This document shows positions 1 to 8,957 of a DNA stretch of 64,000 nt, piece after piece. The stretch spans positions 64,001 to 128,000 of the forward strand of contig JBDIWC010000001.1 in assembly GCA_039794085.1 (NCBI GenBank), read 5' to 3'. This DNA is from Gemmatimonadales bacterium (GTDB lineage Bacteria > Gemmatimonadota > Gemmatimonadetes > Gemmatimonadales > GWC2-71-9). The notes below the pieces were generated by a model that was not told the origin of the DNA, searched no databases, and saw only the letters and a program-made list of their open reading frames with translations. The position numbers were made by a program, and so were the translations under genes. Position 1 is the first letter of the stretch; every line of letters starts with the position of its first letter.

Positions 1-198
1 CAGGAACCACTCCGCCTTGCCTCCCCGCTGCAGCACGCGAAAAGTGACACCATACGCCTTCAGGTGGTCGCTCTGAGTATCGTCCATGGGGACGAGCAGC
101 CAGGGCGAGGCGGATGCGCGCCAGAACTCCCCGCGCAGGTCCCCGAGTCCCACCATGCCCGTGGCCAGGCCGGCGGCCAGAAATGTCCGTCGCTTCAT
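1..198 (-). CDS. Exported conserved protein, N-terminal part only (family often labelled 'asparagine synthetase B' in FCB genomes); Tat-like signal
   Basis: Not in the ORF track. Manual translation from ATG at 198: MKRRTFLAAGLATGMVGL...LLVPMDDTQSDHLKAYGVTFRVL...EWFL; ATGA overlap with the stop of the upstream gene; runs off the window edge. Confidence 0.75.
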   Translation of the reverse strand, partial: MKRRTFLAAGLATGMVGLGDLRGEFWRASASPWLLVPMDDTQSDHLKAYGVTFRVLQRGGKAEWFL

Positions 199-1940
199 CG
201 GCCGGGAATGCCTCCCTTCCAGCGGTCCAGGAGTCGGCGAGCCTCGGGAGCAATGGCACTCCCCGGCCAGGTGAGAATAAGGTGTTCCAGGGTCTGCAGG
301 GCATCGGCCTCGCGGCCGCTCCGCCGGAATCGGGTTGCGAGATCGAGCGCGGCCTGCGCGGCGGCCCCGGGCGCGGCCCCGGCCATCACGGCCTGGAGCA
401 GGTCCTCGGGGGAGGCCATGGGGTCGGTGATACCCGTGCTCGGTGCCACCCGGGCCGCGAGGAGGAGCACCTCCCCTCCTCCCTCCCCCAGGGGGAGCCG
501 GCTCCCCACGGCGGCGAGTGCCGGGGCCGCGGCGGCACTGTCGCCCCGGTCGAGCTGGTACAGTGCCGTGCCGAGCGCGGGAAGGGAGTCGTTGTCGATG
601 GTCTGCAACAGGGCCAGGAGGGCGCTCCGGTCCGTGGCCCCTTCCCGCGTTCCCGCAAACGGTCCCGCGGCCGCAAGATCCTCCCGGGCGCCGGAGAGAT
701 CTCCCCGATAGAGACGAATGCGTCCCCGCAACGCGAGGGCTTCCACCGTTGAATCGGCCCCGAGTGCTCCCTCCGCCCGTGCCAGGCTTCCGGCGCGCAC
801 CCACCCCTCGGCGAGGCGGAGCCGCAGGCGGTCTCTCTCCTCCGGACTCACGCTTCCCTGCACCTCGGCGAGCCGCTGGGCCGCCTCCTCCATCCGTCCC
901 TCCCCGATCAGCACGCCCACCAAGGTGGAGGCCGCACTCGCGGCCATCGAGGGGGACGCTCCGGCCGTCGTGGCGAGGCGGGCGAGCATCCGCCGGGCCG
1001 CGGGCTGATCCCCCCCGTCGGCATAGGACTGCGCCGCCTCCAGGTAGAGGCGGGACGCTTCCGCCCCGCCAGCCCGGGATGCCAGCGACTCCAGCAGGAT
1101 ACCCCGGGCCGTGCGGGCCCCGCTCCCGGCCTGCCCGCGCAAGTCGTCCAGCAACTCCTGCAGCAGGGCCACGCCCCCCGGGCCCTCGGGCACCCCCGCC
1201 AGCAGATGACGCACTCCCTCCACCGGGGTGCCCCACCGGACCATCAACGACGCGACGATGCGACGTGCCACGACGCCGTCGTGACCGGCGAATTCGCGAA
1301 GGACCTCCGAACGGCGAGCCTCGGGGACCTGCCCCAGCACCGCCACGGCGGAGGTCCGATACCCGGGGACCGACGAAACCGCCAACACCCACTCGGCCAC
1401 CGCCCGCTTGTAATCGCCCTCCAGAGTGGCCAGTTGCGCCAGTTCCCCGGCCAGCGCCGTCGAATCCCCCAGCGCCACCCGGCCAGCCCGGTAGGCGGTG
1501 CGCGCCTGATCCCGGTCCCTCGCCTGCAGAGCCGTCATCCCCCACTCCTGCCAGGGGGCCTCACTGTTCGGTTCGCGCGCGGCCCAGAGTTCCACGTAAC
1601 GGCGGACCGAGTCGGCGTCCCCCCGGGCCCCCCAGAGCCGAACGGCGATCCCATACACCGGGATCGCGGCGGGATCGGCGGTGAGCGCGGCCGCCACCGG
1701 CGCGGCGAGTTCGGCCAGGCGATTCAGGGGCTGGAGGGACCGCTCGAGCCCGAGAAGGGCGGCCACATCGGTCGGACGCGCGGACAGCAGTTCCTGGTAG
1801 AGCGCCGCCGCGCTGGCGAACTCACCCTTGCGCTCGAAGTCGAAGGCCCGGTTCATGGCAGCCTGTTGCGCGGTGATCGGACCCGGCAGGATCAGGGCCA
1901 CGATCGCCAACCACCCCCGAAGTTCGCGTCCCCGACTCAC
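195..1940 (-). CDS. TPR-repeat exported protein
   Basis: Signal-like N-terminus, Ala/Leu-rich helical repeats, C-terminal LEHLILTWPGS; GTG at 1940 overlaps the upstream TGA. Confidence 0.7.
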   Translation of the reverse strand: MSRGRELRGWLAIVALILPGPITAQQAAMNRAFDFERKGEFASAAALYQELLSARPTDVAALLGLERSLQPLNRLAELAAPVAAALTADPAAIPVYGIAVRLWGARGDADSVRRYVELWAAREPNSEAPWQEWGMTALQARDRDQARTAYRAGRVALGDSTALAGELAQLATLEGDYKRAVAEWVLAVSSVPGYRTSAVAVLGQVPEARRSEVLREFAGHDGVVARRIVASLMVRWGTPVEGVRHLLAGVPEGPGGVALLQELLDDLRGQAGSGARTARGILLESLASRAGGAEASRLYLEAAQSYADGGDQPAARRMLARLATTAGASPSMAASAASTLVGVLIGEGRMEEAAQRLAEVQGSVSPEERDRLRLRLAEGWVRAGSLARAEGALGADSTVEALALRGRIRLYRGDLSGAREDLAAAGPFAGTREGATDRSALLALLQTIDNDSLPALGTALYQLDRGDSAAAAPALAAVGSRLPLGEGGGEVLLLAARVAPSTGITDPMASPEDLLQAVMAGAAPGAAAQAALDLATRFRRSGREADALQTLEHLILTWPGSAIAPEARRLLDRWKGGIPGR

Positions 1941-4900
1941 GGAGCGCGCCGTCCACCGGACAGGCGCCGGAAATAGTCCGCGACCAGCTTCCGTTCCTCG
2001 GGACTGTACTTCATCAATTCCTCCCAACTCGGCCACCGCCACCCCAGCTCCCGGACCCGGCGATCGAGATCGGGCGGGAGCCGGGGAGGATCCTCCCCGG
2101 CCGACCGGCTCTCACGCTCTTTTTTCTCATCCTTCTCCTCACCCTGGAGCGTCCGCCCCGCGTCAAGCATCCGCTGGAAGAGCCGTTCCTGCCGAGCCAC
2201 CGTCTCCGCATCCAGGCGCCCCGCCTCCAACCGTCGGGCGAGATCCTCCGCCTCCGCGGCCAACTCCCCCGCTCCGGGAAGCTCCCCCATCGCCCTCACG
2301 CGCTCCAGTTCCTGCGACACGGCCCGCTGCTCCGCGGCCATCTGCCGCAACTGCTGTTCCAGAGCGCCCTGGCCCGCCATGGGCAGCAGCCCGCCGGCCT
2401 GCTGGCTCAGCGCACCCTGCTGTTGTGCCATCTGGGCCATGCGCTCCAGGGCTTCGGCCAACCCCGAGCCGGAGGAGGATCCCGACACGTCGCCCCGGGA
2501 TCGCAACATCTGGTAGGCGGCCGCGTTGAGTGCATCGATCGCGTCGCCAGCCCGGGCTCCGGCCTCCCGCACATTGGGACTGGCCGTGCTGAGGGCCCCC
2601 CGGGCCCGTCCCATCTGCTGGCCGGCCGCGGCCAACGTGGTCCCGATGCGGGGTGAGACCAGAGCGTTCTGCCCTGCCGCCGTTTTCATCTGTTCCACCA
2701 GTTGTCGTACCCCCTCCTCCACGGAGGCCTGGTCGCGGAGGACATTGTCGACGGGGCCCGCGCGCTGGAGGTCGGCGGCGACCTGAAGCTGGCGCTTCGC
2801 CAGTCGACTGGTCTCCGCCAGGGCACGATCGAGCGCCTGGACCACTTCGGCCCGCCACTCCTCCTGCTGGGCCTCGCGCTGCTCTTCAACGGCCTGTTGC
2901 ACCTCCTGCATCGCCCCCGCGGCCTCCTCCCCCGCCTGCCCCGCCTCCGCCTTCTTCCCCTGGCGCGCGGCCTGGGACGCCTGGCGCATCGCCTCGGCCG
3001 CCTCCCGCGTCCGCTCCGCCCCGGCCTGCATCGCCGCGGAGGCGGAGTCCCCCGTCATGGCGTCGGACGCCTTGTCGAGGCCGGTGGCCAGCGAGTCGGT
3101 GCGCTCCGCCAGCTCCTCCTGAGCCCCTGTGGCGGTGGTGTCCCCCGCCGCCAGCCGCGTAGCCAGGGCCTTCTGGGCCTCCGCCACCTCCTTGGCCTCC
3201 TGCTCCAGTCCCCCCAGTTCTCCCTCCAGCGCGGCACGCCGAAAGAGCTCCCGGCTTCGTTCCAAGGCCTCCCGCAGTTCCTTCTGGGCCTCGGCGAGCT
3301 GTTCCACCGCCTGGCGGGTCCGTTCCGCGTCCAGGTTCTCGATCGCCTTCTGCAGGGCCTCCAGCGTCTTCCGCAGCTCGGGATTGAGCGCCCGCCTCAA
3401 TTCCTCCCGCACCTCGGCCAGTCGGCGGGCGAAGGCCGAGTCGGTGGCTCCTCCCTGTTCGGCGGCCTCGGCCAGCTTCTTCAGGCTCTGTTCCAGCTTC
3501 TCGGCCTCCGCAATCAGCTGTTCCTCGCCCTGGGCCACGGCTTCCGCCCGCCGGGCCTCGTCGAAGGAGAGAGGACGGTTCTGGCCGTCGGGTCTCCCGC
3601 CATCGGGGGCCATGCGCGATTGGGACCGGGCGAGGTCCTCGGCCTGGCGTTCCAGGGCGCGGCTCTCGGACACCAGGGAGTCGAGAGTCCGTTGCGCTTC
3701 ACTGGTTTCCTCTCGTTGGGACGCCCTCTCGTCTCGGGCGGTGGGCACGAGCAGGAGATATTCCCGCGACGTCCCCCGTTGCCCCCCCGGTGCGTTGTCG
3801 GTGGCCCAGGCCCGGTAGCGCACCGTGTCCCCCGGTCGGGCATCGAGGTGCTCGAGCACGAGGCGGGCGGGGAGTATCGCCCGATCCGCGCCTCCGGGAG
3901 GGAGGGAGAGGGGGATGCGCAGGAGGGAGTCCGGGCGCCCGGGGCTTCGGCGCGACACCTCGAGTCCGAGGGCCCTCAGCCCGTGATCATCCCGGGCGTC
4001 GACCACCAGGGCCACGGTGGGATCCACCGCCAGGAGCGTGTCCACTCCCGGCGAGGGGATCTCCACGGCCGGGGCGCTGTCGGGAACCATCCGGACCGGA
4101 ATTTCCACTTGGCTGCCGGCCACCTGTTGTCCGTCCACGGTACGCAGCTCGAGCCGGAACACGCCATTCCGCACGGGGTCGACGCGGCCGGAGAACCGGG
4201 GGCCGTCCACGATGAGGTCGACGGGGCCGTCCGGTCCGATCCAGGAGCCGGACTGCAGGGGAGTCGTCGTCTCGCCGGTGGTCCGGAGGGTGGTTCCCGC
4301 CGGCAGGAGCAGGGTGTCCCCCGACACGGGCAGCGGTTCAGAGGGCATTCCGAGATAGGCGGGGTACTCGGCCGTGAGGTCGACCCGGCCCAGGAAGGCG
4401 GGTACCCGCACATGGATGCGCACGGTGTCGGAGGATCGCCCGCCCCCGCTGGCGCGGATCAGAAGATCGGTGTGCAGGGGCCCCACGGGAACGGTCGCCC
4501 GACCCGCGGTGTCGAGCGTCACAAGCCGGGCCGCCCACGCCACGCCTGGCTCCCGGGTCCAGAGCAGCACATCCCGACGTCCCGGGGCGTCCACCGACAC
4601 GGTCACCGTGTCGCCCCGATCCACCTCGGTCCGCTCGGCGGCGAGTCGCACGGGGGCCCGGAGCAAATCGAGAGCCCGCAGGGGGTGCCAAAGGAGCGCC
4701 ACAGCCCCCCGGGCCGGGTTGGCGGAGAGAAGGGTTCCCATCCCTCCGACCAGCACCAGGAGCATGAGCCCGGCCCGGCGTCCCGCGGCTCGGTGGAGCG
4801 CTCCCAGGGCGCCGGGCCCCGCCTCGGTCACGGCACGGGCGTGGGTCTGGTCCGCCGCCACGAGCAGTCCGGGGCTGGTTCCTCTCCCGGGAATGTCGAG

Positions 4901-5206
4901 AAGTGACACCAGGACACCGCGGCGCCAGGGGCCGTTCTGCTCCAACCAGGTGGCCAGGGGCCGGACACGGAGGTCCCGCTCCTGTCTCCAGGCCCGCCAG
5001 AGCCCCCCCCCCACCCCGGCGAGGCCCAGGATCCAGGCCCAGAGAACCCAGGCCGGAGAGACCAGGACGTCCATCCGCACCAACCAGGACAGCCCGCCCG
5101 CCACCAGGGCGGCCCCTCCCACGCCGGCCGCCCCCCAGGCGAGGCGATTCCGCCAGCGCAGGGGATGGGCCACCCGGTCGAGGGCGGCGCCGGTGGCACT
5201 CATCAT
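1937..5206 (-). CDS. DUF4175-like membrane-anchored protein with Ig-like domains and a long coiled coil
   Basis: N-terminal TM helices, DDHGL and YRAWATDN motifs, E/Q/A-rich coiled coil, C-terminal VADYFRRL. Confidence 0.7.
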   Translation of the reverse strand: MMSATGAALDRVAHPLRWRNRLAWGAAGVGGAALVAGGLSWLVRMDVLVSPAWVLWAWILGLAGVGGGLWRAWRQERDLRVRPLATWLEQNGPWRRGVLVSLLDIPGRGTSPGLLVAADQTHARAVTEAGPGALGALHRAAGRRAGLMLLVLVGGMGTLLSANPARGAVALLWHPLRALDLLRAPVRLAAERTEVDRGDTVTVSVDAPGRRDVLLWTREPGVAWAARLVTLDTAGRATVPVGPLHTDLLIRASGGGRSSDTVRIHVRVPAFLGRVDLTAEYPAYLGMPSEPLPVSGDTLLLPAGTTLRTTGETTTPLQSGSWIGPDGPVDLIVDGPRFSGRVDPVRNGVFRLELRTVDGQQVAGSQVEIPVRMVPDSAPAVEIPSPGVDTLLAVDPTVALVVDARDDHGLRALGLEVSRRSPGRPDSLLRIPLSLPPGGADRAILPARLVLEHLDARPGDTVRYRAWATDNAPGGQRGTSREYLLLVPTARDERASQREETSEAQRTLDSLVSESRALERQAEDLARSQSRMAPDGGRPDGQNRPLSFDEARRAEAVAQGEEQLIAEAEKLEQSLKKLAEAAEQGGATDSAFARRLAEVREELRRALNPELRKTLEALQKAIENLDAERTRQAVEQLAEAQKELREALERSRELFRRAALEGELGGLEQEAKEVAEAQKALATRLAAGDTTATGAQEELAERTDSLATGLDKASDAMTGDSASAAMQAGAERTREAAEAMRQASQAARQGKKAEAGQAGEEAAGAMQEVQQAVEEQREAQQEEWRAEVVQALDRALAETSRLAKRQLQVAADLQRAGPVDNVLRDQASVEEGVRQLVEQMKTAAGQNALVSPRIGTTLAAAGQQMGRARGALSTASPNVREAGARAGDAIDALNAAAYQMLRSRGDVSGSSSGSGLAEALERMAQMAQQQGALSQQAGGLLPMAGQGALEQQLRQMAAEQRAVSQELERVRAMGELPGAGELAAEAEDLARRLEAGRLDAETVARQERLFQRMLDAGRTLQGEEKDEKKERESRSAGEDPPRLPPDLDRRVRELGWRWPSWEELMKYSPEERKLVADYFRRLSGGRRAP

Positions 5207-5874
5207 CGGCTGCTCCCGACCGCGTACATCACCAGATTGACTCCCATGCGAAGAGCGGCTTCCCGTGCGGCGGGCGGATCGTCATGGACGTCGGGATCCT
5301 CCCACCCGTCTCCCAGATCCGTTTCGTACGAGTAGAACACGACGAGCCGCTCCCCGAGAAAGATTCCCAGACCCTGCGCGGGTTTCCCGTCGTGTTCGTG
5401 AATCTTCGGAACGCCCTGTGGGAAGTCATACACCACGCGGTAGACCGGGTGGTCGAGGGGAACGTCGACCAGGGGTCTCTCGGGAAAGAGCAGGGCCAGT
5501 TCCCGCCGGATCGATTCGTCCATGCCGTAGTTGTCGTCGACATGGAGGAAGCCCCCTCGCTCGAGCCACCGCCGCAGGGTGTCCCGGTCGCTCGGCGTCC
5601 ACCGGACGTTTCCGTGTCCGGTCATGTACAGATAGGCCACGTCCCAGAGCCCCGCCTCGTGCAGCGTGACCACCTGCTCCCGAGGGGCCACGGGAAGCAG
5701 GGTGCGCGTCGCCACCGCCTGGAGCAGGTTGGGAAGACTGGAGGGATTGGCGTACCAGTCTCCCCCCCCCTCATACTGCAGGCGACCGATCACCGCAGCG
5801 CTCCCCTGGGCCGCGACCGCCGCAGGGGCGGTGCAGAGCAGAAGGCTCACCGTGACGGCACGGGCAGTGGTCAT
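5203..5874 (-). CDS. DUF4159 domain protein
   Basis: LQYEGGGDWYANPSSLPNL, YMTGHG, GGFLHVDDNYG, DLGDGWED motifs. Confidence 0.85.
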   Translation of the reverse strand: MTTARAVTVSLLLCTAPAAVAAQGSAAVIGRLQYEGGGDWYANPSSLPNLLQAVATRTLLPVAPREQVVTLHEAGLWDVAYLYMTGHGNVRWTPSDRDTLRRWLERGGFLHVDDNYGMDESIRRELALLFPERPLVDVPLDHPVYRVVYDFPQGVPKIHEHDGKPAQGLGIFLGERLVVFYSYETDLGDGWEDPDVHDDPPAAREAALRMGVNLVMYAVGSSR

Positions 5875-6704
5875 GACAGATCCAGGATCAGACGGTAGAC
5901 CTCATTGCGGGGGACACCGGTTTCCGCCGCCACCCTCCGGGCCACCACACCCGCCGCGTGTCCCTCGGCCATCAGCGCGGAAATCCGTCGACGGACATCC
6001 CCCACGTCGACCTCGTCGGGAACCGGCTCCACCCCCTGAAGCACGACGGTGACTTCCCCCCGGGGAGGCGTCTGCCGATAGTGCCGGGCCAGTTCGGCGA
6101 GGGTGCCTCCGCGGAACTCCTCATGCACCTTGGTCATCTCGCGGCACACCACCGCCTGGCGCTCGGCCGGCCCCAGGGACGCCAGTTCCTCGAGCAGGGT
6201 CACGAGGCGATTCGCCGCCTCGAAGAGAACAGCGGTCCAGGGCTCCGTGGCAAGTCGCTGCAGCATCGCCCGGCGCTCCCCCCCCCGCCGGGGCAGGAAC
6301 CCGGCGAAGAGGAAGCGGTCGGCCGGAAACCCCGCCACTGACAGGGCGGTCGTCACCGCGGACGGTCCCGGAATGGGGACGACCGGCGCTCCCCACTCTC
6401 GCACGCGGTCCACGAGGTTCGCCCCGGGATCGCTCAAGCCGGGAGTGCCGGCGTCGGTGACCAGGGCCACATCCCGGCCGGCGGCCAGGTGGTCCACGAT
6501 CGCCTCGGCTCGCGCCTCTCCCGAGTGGGCGTGGTAACTCACCAACACCGGCCGAGCCCCGAGGGTGGACAGGAGGGGACGGGTGCGGCGCGTGTCCTCG
6601 GCGGCCACCACGGGAACCTGGGTGAGGATGTCCGCCGCACGGCGGGTCAGATCCCCAAGATGGCCCAGCGGAGTGGCAACGACATAGAGGGTACCGGTGG
6701 CCAC
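5871..6704 (-). CDS. rsmI: 16S rRNA (cytidine1402-2'-O)-methyltransferase
   Basis: LYVVATPLG, AAEDTR, DAGTPGLSDPG, REMTKVHEE. Confidence 0.95.
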   Translation of the reverse strand: MATGTLYVVATPLGHLGDLTRRAADILTQVPVVAAEDTRRTRPLLSTLGARPVLVSYHAHSGEARAEAIVDHLAAGRDVALVTDAGTPGLSDPGANLVDRVREWGAPVVPIPGPSAVTTALSVAGFPADRFLFAGFLPRRGGERRAMLQRLATEPWTAVLFEAANRLVTLLEELASLGPAERQAVVCREMTKVHEEFRGGTLAELARHYRQTPPRGEVTVVLQGVEPVPDEVDVGDVRRRISALMAEGHAAGVVARRVAAETGVPRNEVYRLILDLS

Positions 6705-6768
6705 CAGGGAATCTCTCCGGAGGGGAGGGGTCGGGGGAAGCCCACCTGGGCCTCCCCGGACCTGTGGG

Positions 6769-7107
6769 TTACTGCGGAAGGTGCTGCTTGATCTTCCCCT
6801 CGATCACCTGCTTCGGGACGCCGCCGACCACGGTGTCCACGTGCTTCCCCTCGCTGAAGAAGAGCAGCGTGGGAATGGACCGGACATTGTACCGCATCGC
6901 GGTCCGCTGATTCCCGTCGACGTCGAGTTTGGCGATGCTCACCTTCCCGGCGTACGCGGTGGCCAGTTCCTCGAGGGCCGGGGCGATTGCGCGGCATGGT
7001 CCGCACCATTCGGCCCAGAAGTCCACCACCACGAGTCCCTTCTGTTGTTCCACCATCGCCGTCCACGTGTCGTCGGTGACGACCACGGTGGCCTTTGTCT
7101 CTGCCAT
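6769..7107 (-). CDS. trxA: Thioredoxin
   Basis: DFWAEWCGPC, SIPTL. Confidence 0.95.
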   Translation of the reverse strand: MAETKATVVVTDDTWTAMVEQQKGLVVVDFWAEWCGPCRAIAPALEELATAYAGKVSIAKLDVDGNQRTAMRYNVRSIPTLLFFSEGKHVDTVVGGVPKQVIEGKIKQHLPQ

Positions 7108-7203
7108 TGCGCTACGCTCCCTGCGCGGGGCCGGCACCCCGCATCGTGATTAGGTTTCGCCCGCCGCGACGTATTCGCGACCAGGCCCGTGACTCTGGAG
7201 AAC

Positions 7204-7605
7204 ATGACCATGCCCCCGCCCGCCCATCTCGCCCACGTCGGCATTGCCGTTCCGAACGTGGACGCCGCCCTGCGCTTCTACCGCGACATCCTCGGCATCA
7301 CTCCCCCTGCCCCCGAGGAGGCCGATGGAGCCCGGATCGTGTCCCTTCCCTTTGGCGATTCCGAGGTCGAACTCCTCGAACCCGTGGACCCCGAGGGACC
7401 GATCGCCCGATTCCTGGCCCGGCGGGGCCCGGGAATCCACCACATCTGCTATCGCGTTCCCGATCTGGACCAGGCCCTCGACGCCTGCCGGGGCGCCGGG
7501 TACCAGTTGATCGATGACACGCCGCGCCAGGGGGCCGGTGGACGCCGTATCGCGTTCGTTCACCCGAAGGCAACCGCCGGAATCCTCCTGGAGCTTACCG
7601 AGTAA
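7204..7605 (+). CDS. mce: Methylmalonyl-CoA epimerase
   Basis: HVGIAV, VELLEP, GIHHICY, FVHPK, LLEL (VOC fold); start 7204 or 7210. Confidence 0.9.
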   Translation: MTMPPPAHLAHVGIAVPNVDAALRFYRDILGITPPAPEEADGARIVSLPFGDSEVELLEPVDPEGPIARFLARRGPGIHHICYRVPDLDQALDACRGAGYQLIDDTPRQGAGGRRIAFVHPKATAGILLELTE

Positions 7606-7611
7606 ACGTCA

Positions 7612-8091
7612 TCAACGCCCGGGAGGATTCGGAACCGTTGGATTCCCCGGCCGGGGGTTCACACCGCAGGGCTTGACGGGGTTGCCCGCCGCATCGAGAT
7701 CAATGGTGTTGATCAGGAGCCCTCCCCCCGGCCCTCGGACCAGTCCGATTGGCACGTTCCGGACACACCCCGGCCGTGCCAACTCCACCATGACGGCGAC
7801 CCGACCCTGCTCCGTGGTCTCGGACACCACCCGGTGGCCGCCATTCTTCAGAAAAGAGTGCATGACGAAGATCCGGCGTTGATAATCGGGTGGATTCCTC
7901 GTCGAGGCCGCCGAGCCGCGGGCGGTGCCCCAGAGTTCCGCCATGCGGGTGAGGTTGCTGTCTGCGACGGCCTGCATAAACTCCATCACGACGGAGGTGG
8001 CGGATTGTTCAGGCGGGGGAGCGGAAGGAGACACTCTTCCCCCTCCGCAGCCCAGCGTCAGGATCGAGAGCATAACACAGACAGATCGCAT
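7612..8091 (-). CDS. Hypothetical lipoprotein
   Basis: GGAGG RBS before ATG 8091; lipobox-like LTLGC. Confidence 0.6.
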   Translation of the reverse strand: MRSVCVMLSILTLGCGGGRVSPSAPPPEQSATSVVMEFMQAVADSNLTRMAELWGTARGSAASTRNPPDYQRRIFVMHSFLKNGGHRVVSETTEQGRVAVMVELARPGCVRNVPIGLVRGPGGGLLINTIDLDAAGNPVKPCGVNPRPGNPTVPNPPGR

Positions 8092-8153
8092 TTCGGCCCT
8101 CCGGCGAGTAATGAGCGAAAGTAACCGACCGAACAGATGGGAGCAATCCAGCC

Positions 8154-8876
8154 ATGCGCCTCTATGTGAACGTGGATCATGTCGCCACGCTTCGTCAGGC
8201 CCGCCGGGCCACCGAGCCCGACGTCGTCGCCGCCGCACTGGCATGCGAGGCAGCCGGGGCCGACGGCATCACCGTCCACCTCCGGGAGGATCGCCGCCAC
8301 ATCCAGGATGCCGATCTCCCCGCCCTGGCCCACGCCCTCGGCACCGTGTTGAACGTGGAGCTCGCCGCGGTTCCGGAGATCGTGACGCGGGTGGCCACCC
8401 TGCGCCCCTTCCAGGCCACCCTGGTGCCCGAGCGGCGCGAGGAGCTGACCACCGAGGGGGGCCTCGACCTGGGGCGGAACGTCACGGCACTCACCCACGC
8501 CGTCGAGGTCTTGACCCGGGCCGGCATTCGCACCAGCCTCTTCATCGATCCCGATGTGGCGACCATCGACGCCGCAGCCACGCTGGGGGTGAGCGCCGTG
8601 GAGCTCCACACGGGAGACTTCAGCCACACCTGGCAGCGGAGTCCCACCGCCCTTGCCACCCTGGCACGCGCCGCCCGCCACGCACGGGAACGGGGTCTGG
8701 CCGTTCACGCCGGCCACGGGCTGGACTATCAGAACACGGGCCTTGTGGCTGCGCTCGGCGACATCGAGGAACTCAACATCGGGCACAGCATCGTCGCCCG
8801 AGCGATCACCTGTGGAATGCATCAGGCCGTCCGCGAGATGCGAGACCTCATCCGTCGCGCCCAGCCGTCGTGTTGA
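8154..8876 (+). CDS. pdxJ: Pyridoxine 5'-phosphate synthase
   Basis: VNVDHVATLRQAR, HLREDRRHI, TTEGG, ELHTG, AGHGL, ELNIGH. Confidence 0.97.
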   Translation: MRLYVNVDHVATLRQARRATEPDVVAAALACEAAGADGITVHLREDRRHIQDADLPALAHALGTVLNVELAAVPEIVTRVATLRPFQATLVPERREELTTEGGLDLGRNVTALTHAVEVLTRAGIRTSLFIDPDVATIDAAATLGVSAVELHTGDFSHTWQRSPTALATLARAARHARERGLAVHAGHGLDYQNTGLVAALGDIEELNIGHSIVARAITCGMHQAVREMRDLIRRAQPSC

Positions 8877-8901
8877 CCCGCGCATCCCACCATCCTACAC
8901 T
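8873..8901 (+). promoter_or_regulatory. Sigma-70-type promoter for the 8958 operon
   Basis: TTGACC-17 nt-TACACT. Confidence 0.55.
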
Positions 8902-8957
8902 TCGCCGTTTCGGGATGCTCCCTGGTCCTCACCCCTCCGCTCTCCCCGCGAGATCGC

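Noticed and set aside
2702..4906. 734-aa plus-strand ORF
   Set aside because: Shadow of the DUF4175-like gene; no recognisable features
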